Shown here: positions 19,001-29,459 of the stretch, piece by piece
Layout of the letters: each line of letters begins with the position of its first letter
Position numbering within the stretch: the stretch's first letter is position 1
From: a virus
Reading direction: 5' to 3' (one strand)
IMG/VR virus record: IMGVR_UViG_3300027969_000052
Coordinates: 32,001 to 96,000 of that record
DNA length: 64,000 bases
Position numbers and translations under genes: made by a program
Notes under the pieces: generated by a model
The model's database searches: none
The model's input: the letters and a program-made list of their open reading frames with translations, nothing else
Told to the model about the DNA's origin: nothing

Positions 19001-22000
19001 TTGCATTTGAACCGCCAGCACCTGTAATTTGTACACGGCTACTATTGTATGCACCAGCAACAAAGTTGCCGTTAACTTCGAGTGCTACGCCAGGAGTGGG
19101 TGTTTGAATACCAACGTTACCGCCAAAATATCCTTGGCCTGCAACATAAGTATTGCCACTAATACCTGCACCGCCTAATACTTGTAAGCTACCAGTTTGT
19201 GTATTTGTAGACTGTTGATTGAGCGTTACTCCAACAACATGTAAGCCGCCGTTGTAAATATTGCCACCAACACCAACGCCTCCATTTAGAACTTTTAGTG
19301 CTCCAGTTAATGTGCTAGTTGCTTGTGTAGGATCATTAATTATCAACGAGGAGTTGATCTGACCGCCTGAGAAGCTGTTGATGTTAGCCGCCGTAACAAT
19401 CGGGCTACCATTGATCCAACCTTCTGTGCTTAGGTATAGTGATCGAGCACCAATACCACCAGTAACTGATAACGCATTATTAGCAATAGTTGATGTGTTA
19501 AATATTGCGCTTTGAATTACTTCATAGCCGCCTAAGAACAAATCTCTAGTAATTGCTACACCACCGATAGTTCTAATCGAACCAGTAGTTAATGTTGCAT
19601 CAGCATTTGTATTTGTATTAACAACGATAGCACTATTAACAATACCGCCATTGAAAGAATATGCACCGATATTTGCCGCTGTTAAGACCTGACTACCGCC
19701 AATGTAACCAGCAACATCAATTGTTAGATATCTACCACCAATACCGCCTAAGCTAGTTAATGCGTTACCTGTTGACGTTGTTAGATTAAATGCAGAACTT
19801 ACGATTGTTGCTGTGCCGCCAACAAATAAATTCCTACCAATACCTGCGCCGCCAATGGTTTGAAGTGCGCCAGTCTGCGTAGAGCTTGCATCTGTTACTG
19901 CATAACTTCTTACACTTTGAGAGTGTACAGTATTCCAAAGGTTAGTTGAATCGCCTAGGCTAAATCCGCCAGCGGTTGATGGAATAATATTTCCGTTTGA
20001 GCTCCAAGAACTAATACCGTTAAACAGTAAACTAATATAAGGTGCTGTTGAATTTCCTACTGCAATTCCTGCACCAACTGCGGCTCCTGCGTTAGGAGAG
20101 CTTGTGCTTAGATAAATTACCTTGTTGCCAGTTTCAATGTTTGTGGAACTTAGTGTGAAAGTTGTGCCATCTACATATAAGTTTCCTAGTACATTTAAAT
20201 CAGCACCGACCCATAAATTCTTACCAATTCCTACACCGCCGAGCACACGTAGCGCACCAGTAGATGTATTTGTTGCATCAGTTGTATTACTTAGATATAG
20301 TTGGTTCGCTACTTCGCCGCCTGAGAAGCTGTTAATTGTGGCCGCTGTAATAATTGGCGATCCGTTGATCCAGCCCTCTTGTTCTAAGAATAATGTCTTA
20401 GCACCTACGCCACCGTTAATTGCTTGGACTGCATTACCAGCGATAGTGCCGGTGTTGATCATTGAAGAACCGACAATTATGTTTTGGTTAGCCGCAATAC
20501 CGCCTGTGGCCCAAATGCCTGCGCCGTTGATAGAGCCACCACTTACTGTGGCTGTAGTTGCAGTTGTAACCTGTACAGTACCGGCAATAGTTAATGGACT
20601 ACCTGCCGCATTAATATTTGTTGCAGTTACGTTTGTAGCAATTAAGTTACCATAGAAGTTTGCACCTGCCCAAATATTTCCAACTGCGGATATGCCGCCT
20701 GCTGTACGTATAGCACCGCTAGTTGCGTTAACTGCTTGCGTATTTGTGTTAACATACAACGGAGTTGTAATTGTTCCACCGTTAAACTGATAGCTAGCAA
20801 TAGTTGCCGCAGTAATAATTGGGCTACCTGCGATCCAACCGTTTTCAGTTAAGTAAATCTTGCGAGCGCCAATACCGCCTGTTACTGCCAATGAGTTGTT
20901 GGCAATCGTCGATGTGCTTACGTTATTACTTGTTACAATTACGTTGTTCTTTAATTGGAAATTTCCTGTTCCAGTAAAGCGAGCCCATTCAACAACAGTA
21001 TTAACTGTTGTGTCGTTACTGTCTGCCCATGCTCCGCCACCAAATACTAATGGTTGAGCGTTGCCTGCTGTTTGTTCGCCCGATGCTAACCAGTTTTCAA
21101 ATGTTGCACCTGAATCGTTTGATGTTGCCGCAAAAGCCAATCTTGGTGTATTTGCAGAGAATATATCACTCCAATAACTTGAACGTAAGCTCAAGTAGTT
21201 AGAGACTGTGTTAGAGCTCCATGTTGGGCTATATGGTGTAAGAACATCTACTCCATAAATTGGGTTATGATTCCCACCGATAGCAAACTGTTGGCTGTCG
21301 TTAAATCTTGCAACAGGAACATTGTTAACAATAACGTCAACCGGCTTGTTTATATTATTTGTACCAACATTTAATGCTGTTAATAATCCGTTGGCACCTA
21401 AGTAACCATCAACACTTCCCGTAGTATCGATAGTGTTTAGGCTACCGCCTGACCAAATATTTCCACCAACACCAAGTCCGCCATTAGTGACTTTTAACGC
21501 ACCTGTTATTGTGCTAGTTGCTTGTGTAGGATCGTTAATAGTCAACGGATTATTAATTGTTCCGCCGGAGAAATTATTAATGTTTGCCGCAGTAACTACT
21601 GGACTTCCATTTACCCATGCCGCAGTAGCAACACGTAAGTAGCCAAAGCTACCGCCGCCTGTTACTTGGAATGCATTTCCTGCCGCAGTACTTGTGTTAA
21701 CAATGTTGCTTGTTACTGTTGCTGTTGTAAAGGTTGCTGTACCTGCACTAATTGTTTTAAATGTTGCTGTGCTTAAGAATGTACTTGTGCCAGCAATGTT
21801 TAAATAGCCACCTAAGAATAAATTACCACCAATACCTGCGCCACCATTAGTAATTTGGAATGCGCCAGTGATTGTACTTGTTGCTTGTGTTGCGCTATTG
21901 ATAACAATGGCTTTGTTAATTGTACCACCGTTGAAAGCATAGTCACCAATAGTAGCAGTTGTGATTACAATGCCGCCGTTAACTGTAGCAATGGTGTTAA

Positions 22001-25000
22001 CCATTAAACTATTAAAGTAGCCGCCGCCACTGACAACTAATGCATTATCTGTATTAGTTACTGTCGAAGCATACAAGCTGTTGATGAATATCTTTTCACC
22101 AACTTGAATATTTTTACCGACACCTAAGCCGCCGGCAACTTGTAATGCACCGCTTTGTGTACTTAAACTGTCTGTAACGCTGGTTAGCATTACATCGTAT
22201 GCTGAGTTAGCAGTAATGATTGGACTATTGTTAATCCAAGCTTCGCCTGTTACTTTTAAGCTACCGCCAATATATGCACCACCTAATGTTGTTAGAGCAT
22301 TATTAGTGTTAGTTAATGTGTTGGCTCTCGATGTGCCAATGTAAACGTTTTCGCTAAATGCACCACCACCCAGTACTTGCAATGAACCTGTTGTAGTATT
22401 TGTAGCTGTAATATTACTTCTTACATAAACTGTATTAACATAAGCAGTACCCCATGGATTTAATGCAATACCTAAACTATGGTTTGTGTCACCAGTAATA
22501 CTTACTGTAGATTTCCATGAGGTAGAAGCGTTATCAAATAACCAAGTAGCATAAGCCGATCCAACTGGTCCAACTCCAATACCACTATTAGTTGCTAATA
22601 GTGAACTCGATGCTCCGGTACTTACATATATTAACTTGTCACCAGTTTGAATTGTATTACTTTGAATATCAAATGTAGCACCATCAATGAACAAATTGCC
22701 TTGTAGATATGTATTTCCACCTACTACTAAATTCTTGCCAATGCCTACTCCACCGTCAACGACTAATGCACCTGTTGTAGTGCTTGTGCTGTCTGTTAAG
22801 TTTGTAATACGTAACGGATTGCTGATGTTGCCACCAGTGAAACTATTCAACGTACCAGTTGTAATAATTTGTGAGCCATTGATCCAGCCGCTTTGTGCTA
22901 GATACAATGTTTGAGCACCAATACCGCCCTGCAATGATTGAATTGTATTGCCAGTAATACTACTTGTACTACTAGCTGTGGAGTAATTATTAACAAATGT
23001 TCCTACCTGTTGCCTAATATTATTCCATACATACAAAGATTGTTGTGTGCTAATGCCGCCTAACGCTGTTAATGCACCAGTAGTTGAACTAACAGCCGCT
23101 ACGTTAGAATTTAACCGTGTCTGCCCAAGGTATACTTCTAAGTCACCGTCTATATATACTTTACCTAATGGCAGTAGATTAATATCAGAACTTACTGAAA
23201 CTAAATCAAGATTATTAGCGGAGCCAATTTCTAACGGACCTAATGCAGTTATTTGATTCTGTGTTGCGTTTAGTAATCCAAGAAGACCGCTATTAGCATA
23301 TAAGTTTGCGCCAGTAATATTTCCGCCGGCAGTTATATATGTACCAACGTCAAGACTTGTGTTAACACGTAGATTTTGACCAATGCCAACACCACCGCTT
23401 ACTACCAATGCTCCACTATTAACAGCGGATGATGTAGTAATGCTTTGTATTTGTGCTGTGTTTGTAATGTTTAAATCGCTAGCATATACTGTACGGCCAA
23501 CACGTAAATTGTATCCTATGCCAACACCGCCAACTACACGAATAGCACCAGTAATTGTACTGCTTGCATCAGTAGTGCTTACCTGTATTAAATCGTTATG
23601 GATTGTTCCGCCATCAAACGTAGCGGCGTAAGTAGCCAGGTTACCTGTTGTAATAATTCTTTCGTTATTAATCCAACCATCAGTTGTTAAGTATAAACTC
23701 TTACCAGCAATGCCGCCAGTAGTCATTAGACTATTACCGGCTATTGTAGATGTGCTGAATACGGTGCTTGTAGAACTCGCTGTATCGTAATAGATATCTT
23801 TAACACGTAAAGATTTCCACCAGTAGCCGCCAGTGATGCCTAATTCTAGATCATTACGTAACGGAATAATACCGTTGCCTGATTGCCAGTTGCCCGGACT
23901 ACCGCCATCAAATGTCCAAGTAGCCCAATCAGTGTTTGCATTGTTATCATCTTTGCCAACAATAATTCCGGAGCCAGCTGATAGAGCCGCACTACCTGTT
24001 AGTGTTGATAGGAAAACAACTTTAGTGCCGATGTCAACACTTGTACTGTTAATAGAAGTAACAGTACCTGCAACATTTAAACTACCTTGGATTGTTACAG
24101 TTCCGCCAATTTGTGCGCCACCAGCAAGTACAAATGCGTTGCTAGCCGTGTTAGTAATATTAAACTGCCCAGTAACTTGTGTTGAACTGCTAAATGCCTG
24201 ACCCAATGTAGCTGTTGTAACGAGTTCTGCACCCTGTAGGTAACCAAATCTTGCAATGTATAAACTATCTGCGCCGATGCCGCCAGTTACCGATAGCGCA
24301 TTGTTGGCAATAGTTGCGCTGTTAAGTGCAGTACTAGTTAAGCTAATTGCGGCGGCTGTTGTTGCGCCCCTTGCTGTTACATCTGATAATGTGTCTGTTG
24401 ATGCAACGGTAATAGTACCAGTTGAAGCTGATACTGAAATTCCACTGCCTGCTGATAACGATTGTACACCTAGGTTAACAATGTTGATAGTTGCGGTTGT
24501 GCCGCTCTTAGTTACACTAGCGCCAATATATGCATCAGTTGTTACTGTAACATTTGTTAGGACAGAGCCGCCACCTAATAGCGTTAAGTTGCCGCCAACT
24601 GTTAGATTTCCACCAATGCCAACGCCGCCGTCAACAATCAAAGCGCCACTATTTGTATTACCGGTATTTGGATCTAGATTAGTAATGTGCAATGCGTTTG
24701 GAACAATACCGCCTAAGCTAGCACCAATAGTTGCAGTTGTAACAACTCGATTTGTACCAATCCATGCGTCTTGTTCAACGTAAAGAGTCTTTGCGCCTAG
24801 ACCGCCATTGATTGCTTGAATTGCATTTCCTGCAATAGATGACGTAGAACTTGCAGTAACTAATGTTGTAAATGTGCCGCCGATGTTAACATTGCCGCCA
24901 ATACCTGCGCCGCCTCCGACAGTTAACGCACCAGTTGTTGTTGATGTCGATTGTGTTAGTCCCGGTACAGCTAGCGTTTGTACAGAGAACGCACCGTTAA

Positions 25001-28000
25001 CTTGCAAGTCGCTATTTACTGTTACTAATGTTCCTGCTGGATCTAATGTAATATCTCCAGACAAGCTAGAAATTGTACCACCGGCTAAACTTAAATTGCC
25101 AACCGAAATGCTTGTTGGTAGAATTGTTGCGTTATTTGTGCCGTCGGTGATTGTTAATTGATTTAATCCGCTTAGGTTAACTTGTGCGTTACCAAAACTT
25201 ACGTTACCTGTACGTTGGTTAACTGTAAACGCTGACCCCACACGGAAGTCACCGCTTTGGTCAACTGTTTGATAATATATTTTTCCGTTATTCTGTTGAA
25301 TAATTTCATTAGCTTGTACTGTTAATGAAGTGTCGTTACTTATATCGCCACCTGCACCAATATGACTTATGTTAAATGCGATTAATTTTAAGTCTGTACC
25401 AGTACCGTCGGCTGTAACACCAGTGTTACCAAATACAGCCGCACTACCGATACAGCGTAGTTCAGCACCAAACTGATGATAGTCAGCTAGAGCGATGCGT
25501 TTGGCTGTAGCACCGCCTGAAGATGCAATGTTTTGTGTTCCTTGAGCAGAGTCAATAAATCCTGTTATGCCGTTGCCACCATCCATATTCAATAACAAAA
25601 CAGTATTTGCATCTGATGTTAGGGCACTTGTTGGTGCTGTAAAGTTAGAAGGATAGCGATAATTGTTGCTGATTCTAAAATCGTCAATATAACCGTTGAG
25701 ACTATCTGCCGGTGTTGCCGCAATACCGCCGATACTAACCGGATCGGTATTGTTTACATTACCTGTTGCGCTTGAGCTACTTGCTTCAAGTGTGCCGTTT
25801 AAGAATAATTTAATTGTATTTGAAGAGCCTTGACGACTTAGTGCAACGTGATACCATTGTCCAGTGGTTAATGTCGTAACACCGGTGATAGTTACTCCTG
25901 CATGGATAGCATTTAACACATTTCCTGAAGTAACACTTACTCTAAAGTTTGAGCCGCTGACTGTACCTTTGTAAAAAATCCGTTGGGTCTTTCCTAATGC
26001 GCTTAGATAAACCCAAGCTTCTACGGTATAATTACCTGTACCAAATTGGAAATCGGCGTCGCTTAATACTTCTAGGTAATCGCCACTGCCATCAAACTTG
26101 CCAGAGGTAGGATTAAATTTCTTTTGAACGTTGCTCTGTACCGCATCGCCGTAGGTTGTTACAGTTTTGCCAGCGCGATCTGAGATGGTTTCAAAGCCGT
26201 AGCTTGGACCGGCGATATAGATATAGTTGTTAGCTGTGCTAGCAATAGTACCGGATGCCAGTACAACACTACTTGGACTAGTGTAGGTAATTGTTTCGCC
26301 GGATTTAAATACTCCGGTTACGTTTTCAAGTTTAAGTCTTGTCTTACCTGCGCCACCGTAACCAGTTGTACCAGCAACTGCGTAGATTGATTTATCGGCA
26401 AAGTATGAGAAACCGTTTAATAATTCTGCACGAGCACCGTTGGTCATATACCAACCAGTGGCATTTGGAACGATAAATGTTACTTCATTCCATAACATTG
26501 CAGGTTCTAAACTCGTTGGGTCTAGTACACTTGCATCTAAGAATGCGCCGTTACCAGCATCTGCACTTGCAAAGCCATACGGATCCGCTGAAGTTGTTAC
26601 ACTACCACGAGTGATAACTGACACACGTTCAATATATGGACTGCGTGTAGTAACCTTTGCACCGATCGCAAAGCGGAACGCATAACCTGGTTTAAAGTGT
26701 CCTGAAACAGTTAAGTCAGTAACTTGTGTTTCGCCATTTAAGTAGAAACAAGATAATGTATTTGTTGCAGTAGTTGGTAAAATTGTAGTAGAACGAATAC
26801 CTTGACCATGGATTGTTACCCCTTGCGGAACAACTAACGGCCATGTTTCGTAATAACTACCTGTAAGTATTTGAATAGTATCACCAGACTGTGCTAGACT
26901 AAGCGCATATTTTAGTGTTTTAACTGGGCTTTGTAGTCTATGACCATCATTAGTATCACTTCCTTGATCGCTAACATACCATACATTTGGATCGTATTTT
27001 AATAAATCAATACCGTTGGCCCATACTGTACCATTGCCAGTACCAGTTGTAAGATATAAGTTATTGCCAATCGACGTAATTGTGTTTACATTAACTACTT
27101 GATTAAATGTTGCTGTGCCACCAAATGTACTGCCACCATTAACTTGTAATACGTTACTTGCAGAACTCCAGATTGTTAAAGTGCTCTGTAGGTTTAGATT
27201 ATTTGTAATACCCACGCCGCCATTGACAACTAATGCTCCAGACCCTGTGCTAGTTGACATTTCACCAGAGTTAATCTTTAAGCTGGAATTAATTACACCG
27301 CCAGAGAAGTTGTTAATTGTTGCAGATGTAACAATCTCAGCACCATTTAAGTATGCCTTGTCTGTGATCATTAACGTCTTAGCAAAAATACCACCTAGTA
27401 CCTGTACCGCGTTTGTTGAAGTGACTGTTGTACTTGTTGTAGTGTTTAAAACTATTAATTGATTAGTAGTAGTGTTTCCGCGAGTAGTTACTGTTTGTAG
27501 TGTAGAATTATTTCCTACTAATACAGAACCGCTGTTTGGATTGGCTCCTACCAAAGTATTAGCGTAACTAAAAGAAATGTCGCTATAAATGCCGCCTTGC
27601 GCCCCAATGTCTGTTATACCCGAGTTGAATAACGATACAACTCCTGTGGTACCAGTAAGTGTGCCGACATAAGTTTGGATGCCACCGTTGCCTGCTTGAA
27701 CAGCTAGTACACCAGTGTTTGTCAATGCTACATTTAGTACTGAACCCGTAAATATAGACGATTGTACTAAAATTCCGCCCCATGTGCTAGTTGTAATATT
27801 AACGTTGGTTACAACTCTATTGCCGCCGTCGAATACTCGTGTAGCATAAACATCTTGTCCAACTCCAATACCACCTGCAACAATTAAGTCGCCTGTTGTT
27901 GTACTTGTACTGTTTGTATTGTTAACTAAACTTAGTTGACCAAAACGTGCAGAGCCCCATTCTCCGTTAAACGGATTTGGTACAGTCTTATCAGTGGCCG

Positions 28001-29387
28001 TTGATAAATTCTTTAAGAATACTAATTCGCCAGTATTTGACTGACGCCCTAAGAAACTATGAGCATAGGCATTAGCATTTGTACCTGTATTATAACTTAG
28101 TAATAAACCGCGGTCTAAGCCGTCGTTGATTGCTAGCGGAGTACCGTTTAATCCCCCACCTAGTTCAATTGCCGCGTCGGCAAATAATGTTTGTGTTGAG
28201 TTAACAACGACTGTAGTATAACTACCTACAACTGTTAAACCGCCATAGATAACTGCATCGCCGGCAACAGATAAATTCTTTCCAATGTTGACATTTTCAC
28301 CTACACCAACACCGCCATCGACTACTAGGGCACCTGTCTGCGTACTTATTGAGCTAGTAGTATTTTGAATACGTAGGGTATTTGTAATAATACCGCCAAT
28401 ATATTGATTGATTGTAGAACTTGTAACAACAATCGCACCGTTGATATAGCTAGTGTTAGCAACGTTGAGCTGTCTTGCTCCGATGCTTCCTAATACGTTT
28501 AATGCGTTGCCTGTAGCAGTATTGTTACCTACTACTAGACTATTAAGATCAATTGTTTGGTCAGTATAGTTTCCTCGACCAACAACATCTTGTAATGTGC
28601 TGGCTACTGTAAGTGTAACGTTTCCGGTTGCTTGATCAACTGTAAGATCAGTACCGCCAGCAATAATGCTTAGTACACCACTGTTTTCAATTGTAACAGT
28701 ACCTGTTGACGTGCTTACACTAATTCCGCTACCACTAACTAGCGATGTTACGCCGGTGTTTGTTAAAGTGATAGTTGCAGTATATCCAGACTGGACTGCT
28801 TTGGCAGAAATATAACTGTTACTGTTAAACTGAACAGTTGTTAATAAGTGCTGTTTAGATCCGTAAGCATCGCCACTGATAAATGTTGTGCCTGATGTGT
28901 ATTGATTTCCGCCAATGTGGACATCTCTTCCAATACCGACGCCGCCAGGAGTTATTAAAGCACCTGTTGTTGTGCTAGTTGAATTCGTTGTTGTATTAAT
29001 TGTCAGCGGTGCAGTAATAATACCGCCCTGGAAACCTTCAGCTTCTGTTAAGATTCGAGAGCCTTTGATTACTCCAATACCACTTAAATTAATATTTGTA
29101 GCAAAAATGCCGCCAGAAACTTGCAGGGCATTGCCTTCTGCGCTAATAGTTGAAGTATTAACTGCTGTTGAAAGTATTTTAGTTACATCATTTACTTGGA
29201 GGGCTTGCAGAGTTGCACTGGTTAAAACATTTAATGTTTTTCCAATGAAGACATCGCCACCAATACCGACGCCGCCGGGGGTGATAATAGCACCCGTTTG
29301 GGTACCAGTCGAAATATATTGTGTACTACTTGAAGCCCTTACGACAAGGCCATTCTTTACGATAAAATCGTCATTATACGAAGCCAT
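16068..29387 (-). CDS. Giant tail fibre (4439 aa): S/T-rich shaft repeats, beta-helix domain, LamG insert, carbohydrate-binding-like domain, C-terminal chaperone-like domain
   Basis: Dozens of STxTGALxVxGGxGIG units; YVSDQGSDTNDG beta-helix start; KSFLIDHP...LEGPE...LPDYW...AERKD C-terminus. Confidence 0.85.
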   Translation of the reverse strand: MASYNDDFIVKNGLVVRASSSTQYISTGTQTGAIITPGGVGIGGDVFIGKTLNVLTSATLQALQVNDVTKILSTAVNTSTISAEGNALQVSGGIFATNINLSGIGVIKGSRILTEAEGFQGGIITAPLTINTTTNSTSTTTGALITPGGVGIGRDVHIGGNQYTSGTTFISGDAYGSKQHLLTTVQFNSNSYISAKAVQSGYTATITLTNTGVTSLVSGSGISVSTSTGTVTIENSGVLSIIAGGTDLTVDQATGNVTLTVASTLQDVVGRGNYTDQTIDLNSLVVGNNTATGNALNVLGSIGARQLNVANTSYINGAIVVTSSTINQYIGGIITNTLRIQNTTSSISTQTGALVVDGGVGVGENVNIGKNLSVAGDAVIYGGLTVVGSYTTVVVNSTQTLFADAAIELGGGLNGTPLAINDGLDRGLLLSYNTGTNANAYAHSFLGRQSNTGELVFLKNLSTATDKTVPNPFNGEWGSARFGQLSLVNNTNSTSTTTGDLIVAGGIGVGQDVYATRVFDGGNRVVTNVNITTSTWGGILVQSSIFTGSVLNVALTNTGVLAVQAGNGGIQTYVGTLTGTTGVVSLFNSGITDIGAQGGIYSDISFSYANTLVGANPNSGSVLVGNNSTLQTVTTRGNTTTNQLIVLNTTTSTTVTSTNAVQVLGGIFAKTLMITDKAYLNGAEIVTSATINNFSGGVINSSLKINSGEMSTSTGSGALVVNGGVGITNNLNLQSTLTIWSSASNVLQVNGGSTFGGTATFNQVVNVNTITSIGNNLYLTTGTGNGTVWANGIDLLKYDPNVWYVSDQGSDTNDGHRLQSPVKTLKYALSLAQSGDTIQILTGSYYETWPLVVPQGVTIHGQGIRSTTILPTTATNTLSCFYLNGETQVTDLTVSGHFKPGYAFRFAIGAKVTTRSPYIERVSVITRGSVTTSADPYGFASADAGNGAFLDASVLDPTSLEPAMLWNEVTFIVPNATGWYMTNGARAELLNGFSYFADKSIYAVAGTTGYGGAGKTRLKLENVTGVFKSGETITYTSPSSVVLASGTIASTANNYIYIAGPSYGFETISDRAGKTVTTYGDAVQSNVQKKFNPTSGKFDGSGDYLEVLSDADFQFGTGNYTVEAWVYLSALGKTQRIFYKGTVSGSNFRVSVTSGNVLNAIHAGVTITGVTTLTTGQWYHVALSRQGSSNTIKLFLNGTLEASSSSATGNVNNTDPVSIGGIAATPADSLNGYIDDFRISNNYRYPSNFTAPTSALTSDANTVLLLNMDGGNGITGFIDSAQGTQNIASSGGATAKRIALADYHQFGAELRCIGSAAVFGNTGVTADGTGTDLKLIAFNISHIGAGGDISNDTSLTVQANEIIQQNNGKIYYQTVDQSGDFRVGSAFTVNQRTGNVSFGNAQVNLSGLNQLTITDGTNNATILPTSISVGNLSLAGGTISSLSGDITLDPAGTLVTVNSDLQVNGAFSVQTLAVPGLTQSTSTTTGALTVGGGAGIGGNVNIGGTFTTLVTASSTSSIAGNAIQAINGGLGAKTLYVEQDAWIGTNRVVTTATIGASLGGIVPNALHITNLDPNTGNTNSGALIVDGGVGIGGNLTVGGNLTLLGGGSVLTNVTVTTDAYIGASVTKSGTTATINIVNLGVQSLSAGSGISVSASTGTITVASTDTLSDVTARGATTAAAISLTSTALNSATIANNALSVTGGIGADSLYIARFGYLQGAELVTTATLGQAFSSSTQVTGQFNITNTASNAFVLAGGAQIGGTVTIQGSLNVAGTVTSINSTSVDIGTKVVFLSTLTGSAALSAGSGIIVGKDDNNANTDWATWTFDGGSPGNWQSGNGIIPLRNDLELGITGGYWWKSLRVKDIYYDTASSTSTVFSTSTIAGNSLMTTGGIAGKSLYLTTDGWINNERIITTGNLATYAATFDGGTIHNDLIQVSTTDASSTITGAIRVVGGVGIGYNLRVGRTVYASDLNITNTAQIQSITTSSAVNSGALVVSGGVGIGQNLRVNTSLDVGTYITAGGNITGANLYANSGLLGLLNATQNQITALGPLEIGSANNLDLVSVSSDINLLPLGKVYIDGDLEVYLGQTRLNSNVAAVSSTTGALTALGGISTQQSLYVWNNIRQQVGTFVNNYSTASSTSSITGNTIQSLQGGIGAQTLYLAQSGWINGSQIITTGTLNSFTGGNISNPLRITNLTDSTSTTTGALVVDGGVGIGKNLVVGGNTYLQGNLFIDGATFDIQSNTIQTGDKLIYVSTGASSSLLATNSGIGVGPVGSAYATWLFDNASTSWKSTVSITGDTNHSLGIALNPWGTAYVNTVYVRSNITATNTTTGSLQVLGGGAFSENVYIGTSRANTLTNTNNALTTLGGAYIGGSLKVTGEAWINNSPIITANSAYDVMLTSVTDSLSTQSGALQVAGGLGVGKNIQVGEKIFINSLYASTVTNTDNALVVSGGGYFNSLMVNTIATVNGGIVITTATIGDYAFNGGTINKAIVINSATQATSTITGAFQITNGGAGIGGNLFLGGYLNIAGTSTFLSTATFKTISAGTATFTTATVTSNIVNTSTAAGNAFQVTGGGSFGYLRVATAAWVNGSPVVTAANINNFSGGTINNPLTINDPTQATSTITGALKVTNGGLGVGGNIWSGGSLNTIDTTGSVDGYLGANGLLTALNVGTNNINKPVDVIVNNVPVARFNDSQQFAIGGNHNPIYGVDVLTPYSPTWSSNTVSNYLSLRSSYWSDIFSANTPRLAFAATSNDSGATFENWLASGEQTAGNAQPLVFGGGAWADSNDTTVNTVVEWARFTGTGNFQLKNNVIVTSNNVSTSTIANNSLAVTGGIGARKIYLTENGWIAGSPIITAATIASYQFNGGTITTPLYVNTNTQAVNATSGAIRTAGGISAVGNIWAGANFYGNLIATNVTATNINAAGSPLTIAGTVQVTTATTATVSGGSINGAGIWATGGIAANQNIIVGSSMINTGTIAGNAVQAINGGVGAKTLFLEQEGWINGSPIITAATINSFSGGEVANQLYLSNTTDATNTSTGALRVLGGVGIGKNLWVGADLNVLGNLYVDGTTFTLSSTNIETGNKVIYLSTSSPNAGAAVGAGIAVGNSTAPYISLLFNGISSWSSNGNIIPSTAGGFSLGDSTNLWNTVHSQSVRSYAVTDASSTQTGALQTIGGAGIGRNLFVGGTATIVSSAFNLTTSTGNALTSLGGIGGRYLTIDVAGYIGGSQVLTAANIGAYSFNGGIVNSAIVVNTNTNADATLTTGSIRTIGGVAITRDLFLGGYEVIQSAIFNTSTIANNALSVTGGIGARSLYLSTEGWINGSPIVTAANINSFSGGQINSSLIINDPTQATSTLTGALKVLNGGVGVGGNIYNGGLHVVGVTLNQQSTNTQTGSLQVLGGAGISGNTYVAGQGYFGGNVGIQTPTPGVALEVNGNFVAGAYNSSRVQITGAGGSNAIYEIATTESSPRWQIGRDLLGTGVSGIAFMNGTQALATGGAAVGAVQGLNGYLGFYTSNGTSQTLRGVVSSGASGGDWGIGVAGAPLAKLDVRGKLRVQVGNDDNIFLSNNVNQYTNVQITRTATGSSADLRIGASAASANFLPTAAQGDAVITFGQAILFGQQSSFEVARLNGSQFYISTATQSLSTQSGALRVDGGVGIGGDVYVGGIFTSTGAAYHASAIASTSSKSGNALVVTGGIGAASLWLDNSAWINGYQVVTTQNVGSFTGAFDGGTINNPLFIRNQTDSGSTGSGALYTLGGVGITKQLYVGGNTTLAGSLTTISGIGTIANATQATSTTTAALKITNGGLGVGGNAWVGGYINVGTTATIGGTVDLSAGNYANFGGNARIRRNTSTTSFDIETANTVRVQVLDTGELVELSTINATNTATGALQVRGGAAIGNGLVVGGITTLLGDTQLQSMTAAGAVQFTNATSATSTLTGAVRITGGLGVQGDIYARNIYANGALVGTGGSGGSGGSSTSTEFINVYTGTVSLSTITGALTVVGGAGIGKDMFVGGPIVVNRTFIDSSANIQVGGNTEASGASVANGVYSQGGNLLVQSSDYSQANWSKFNSTFQAGSTTSPDGTLNGTKLIETGATGGHYFQQTISQTGPVTYSAYLKAAERTFGILNITVGGQAHAAWFNLSTGAAGNTVSGLYPTTSRIETLPYGASSGWYRCSVTVWAPSSASATAVGVYAALGNDTAISGTLSAYTGTAGNGLYVFGSQAEPGYYSGAYVATAGSASTPASNIYAGGSLYVANTATVAGSTVTTQATLMSQFGGTTVNSLVINNATNSTSTTTGALQIINGGIGVGGNVYVGGTLVATAKSFLIDHPSKAGHKLQYGSLEGPENGVYVRGRLTNSSVIELPDYWKDLIDESTMTVDLTPIGKHQKLYVETVTAKTIVVGNDNMINKSVNCFYVVWAERKDIDKLKVEYKK

Positions 29388-29453
29388 TAGTTTCCCTCTC
29401 CACGTCTGGCAAAATGTTGCGTTATGACTTATTTACCAAGAAAAGAGAAACTA
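29388..29453 (-). promoter_or_regulatory. RBS-sequestering hairpin with an internal TAAATA promoter (29430-29435)
   Basis: UAGUUUCUCUUUUC (29453-29440) pairs with GGAGAGGGAAACUA (29401-29388): 14 bp including 3 GU. Confidence 0.65.
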
Positions 29454-29459
29454 GGGTTT

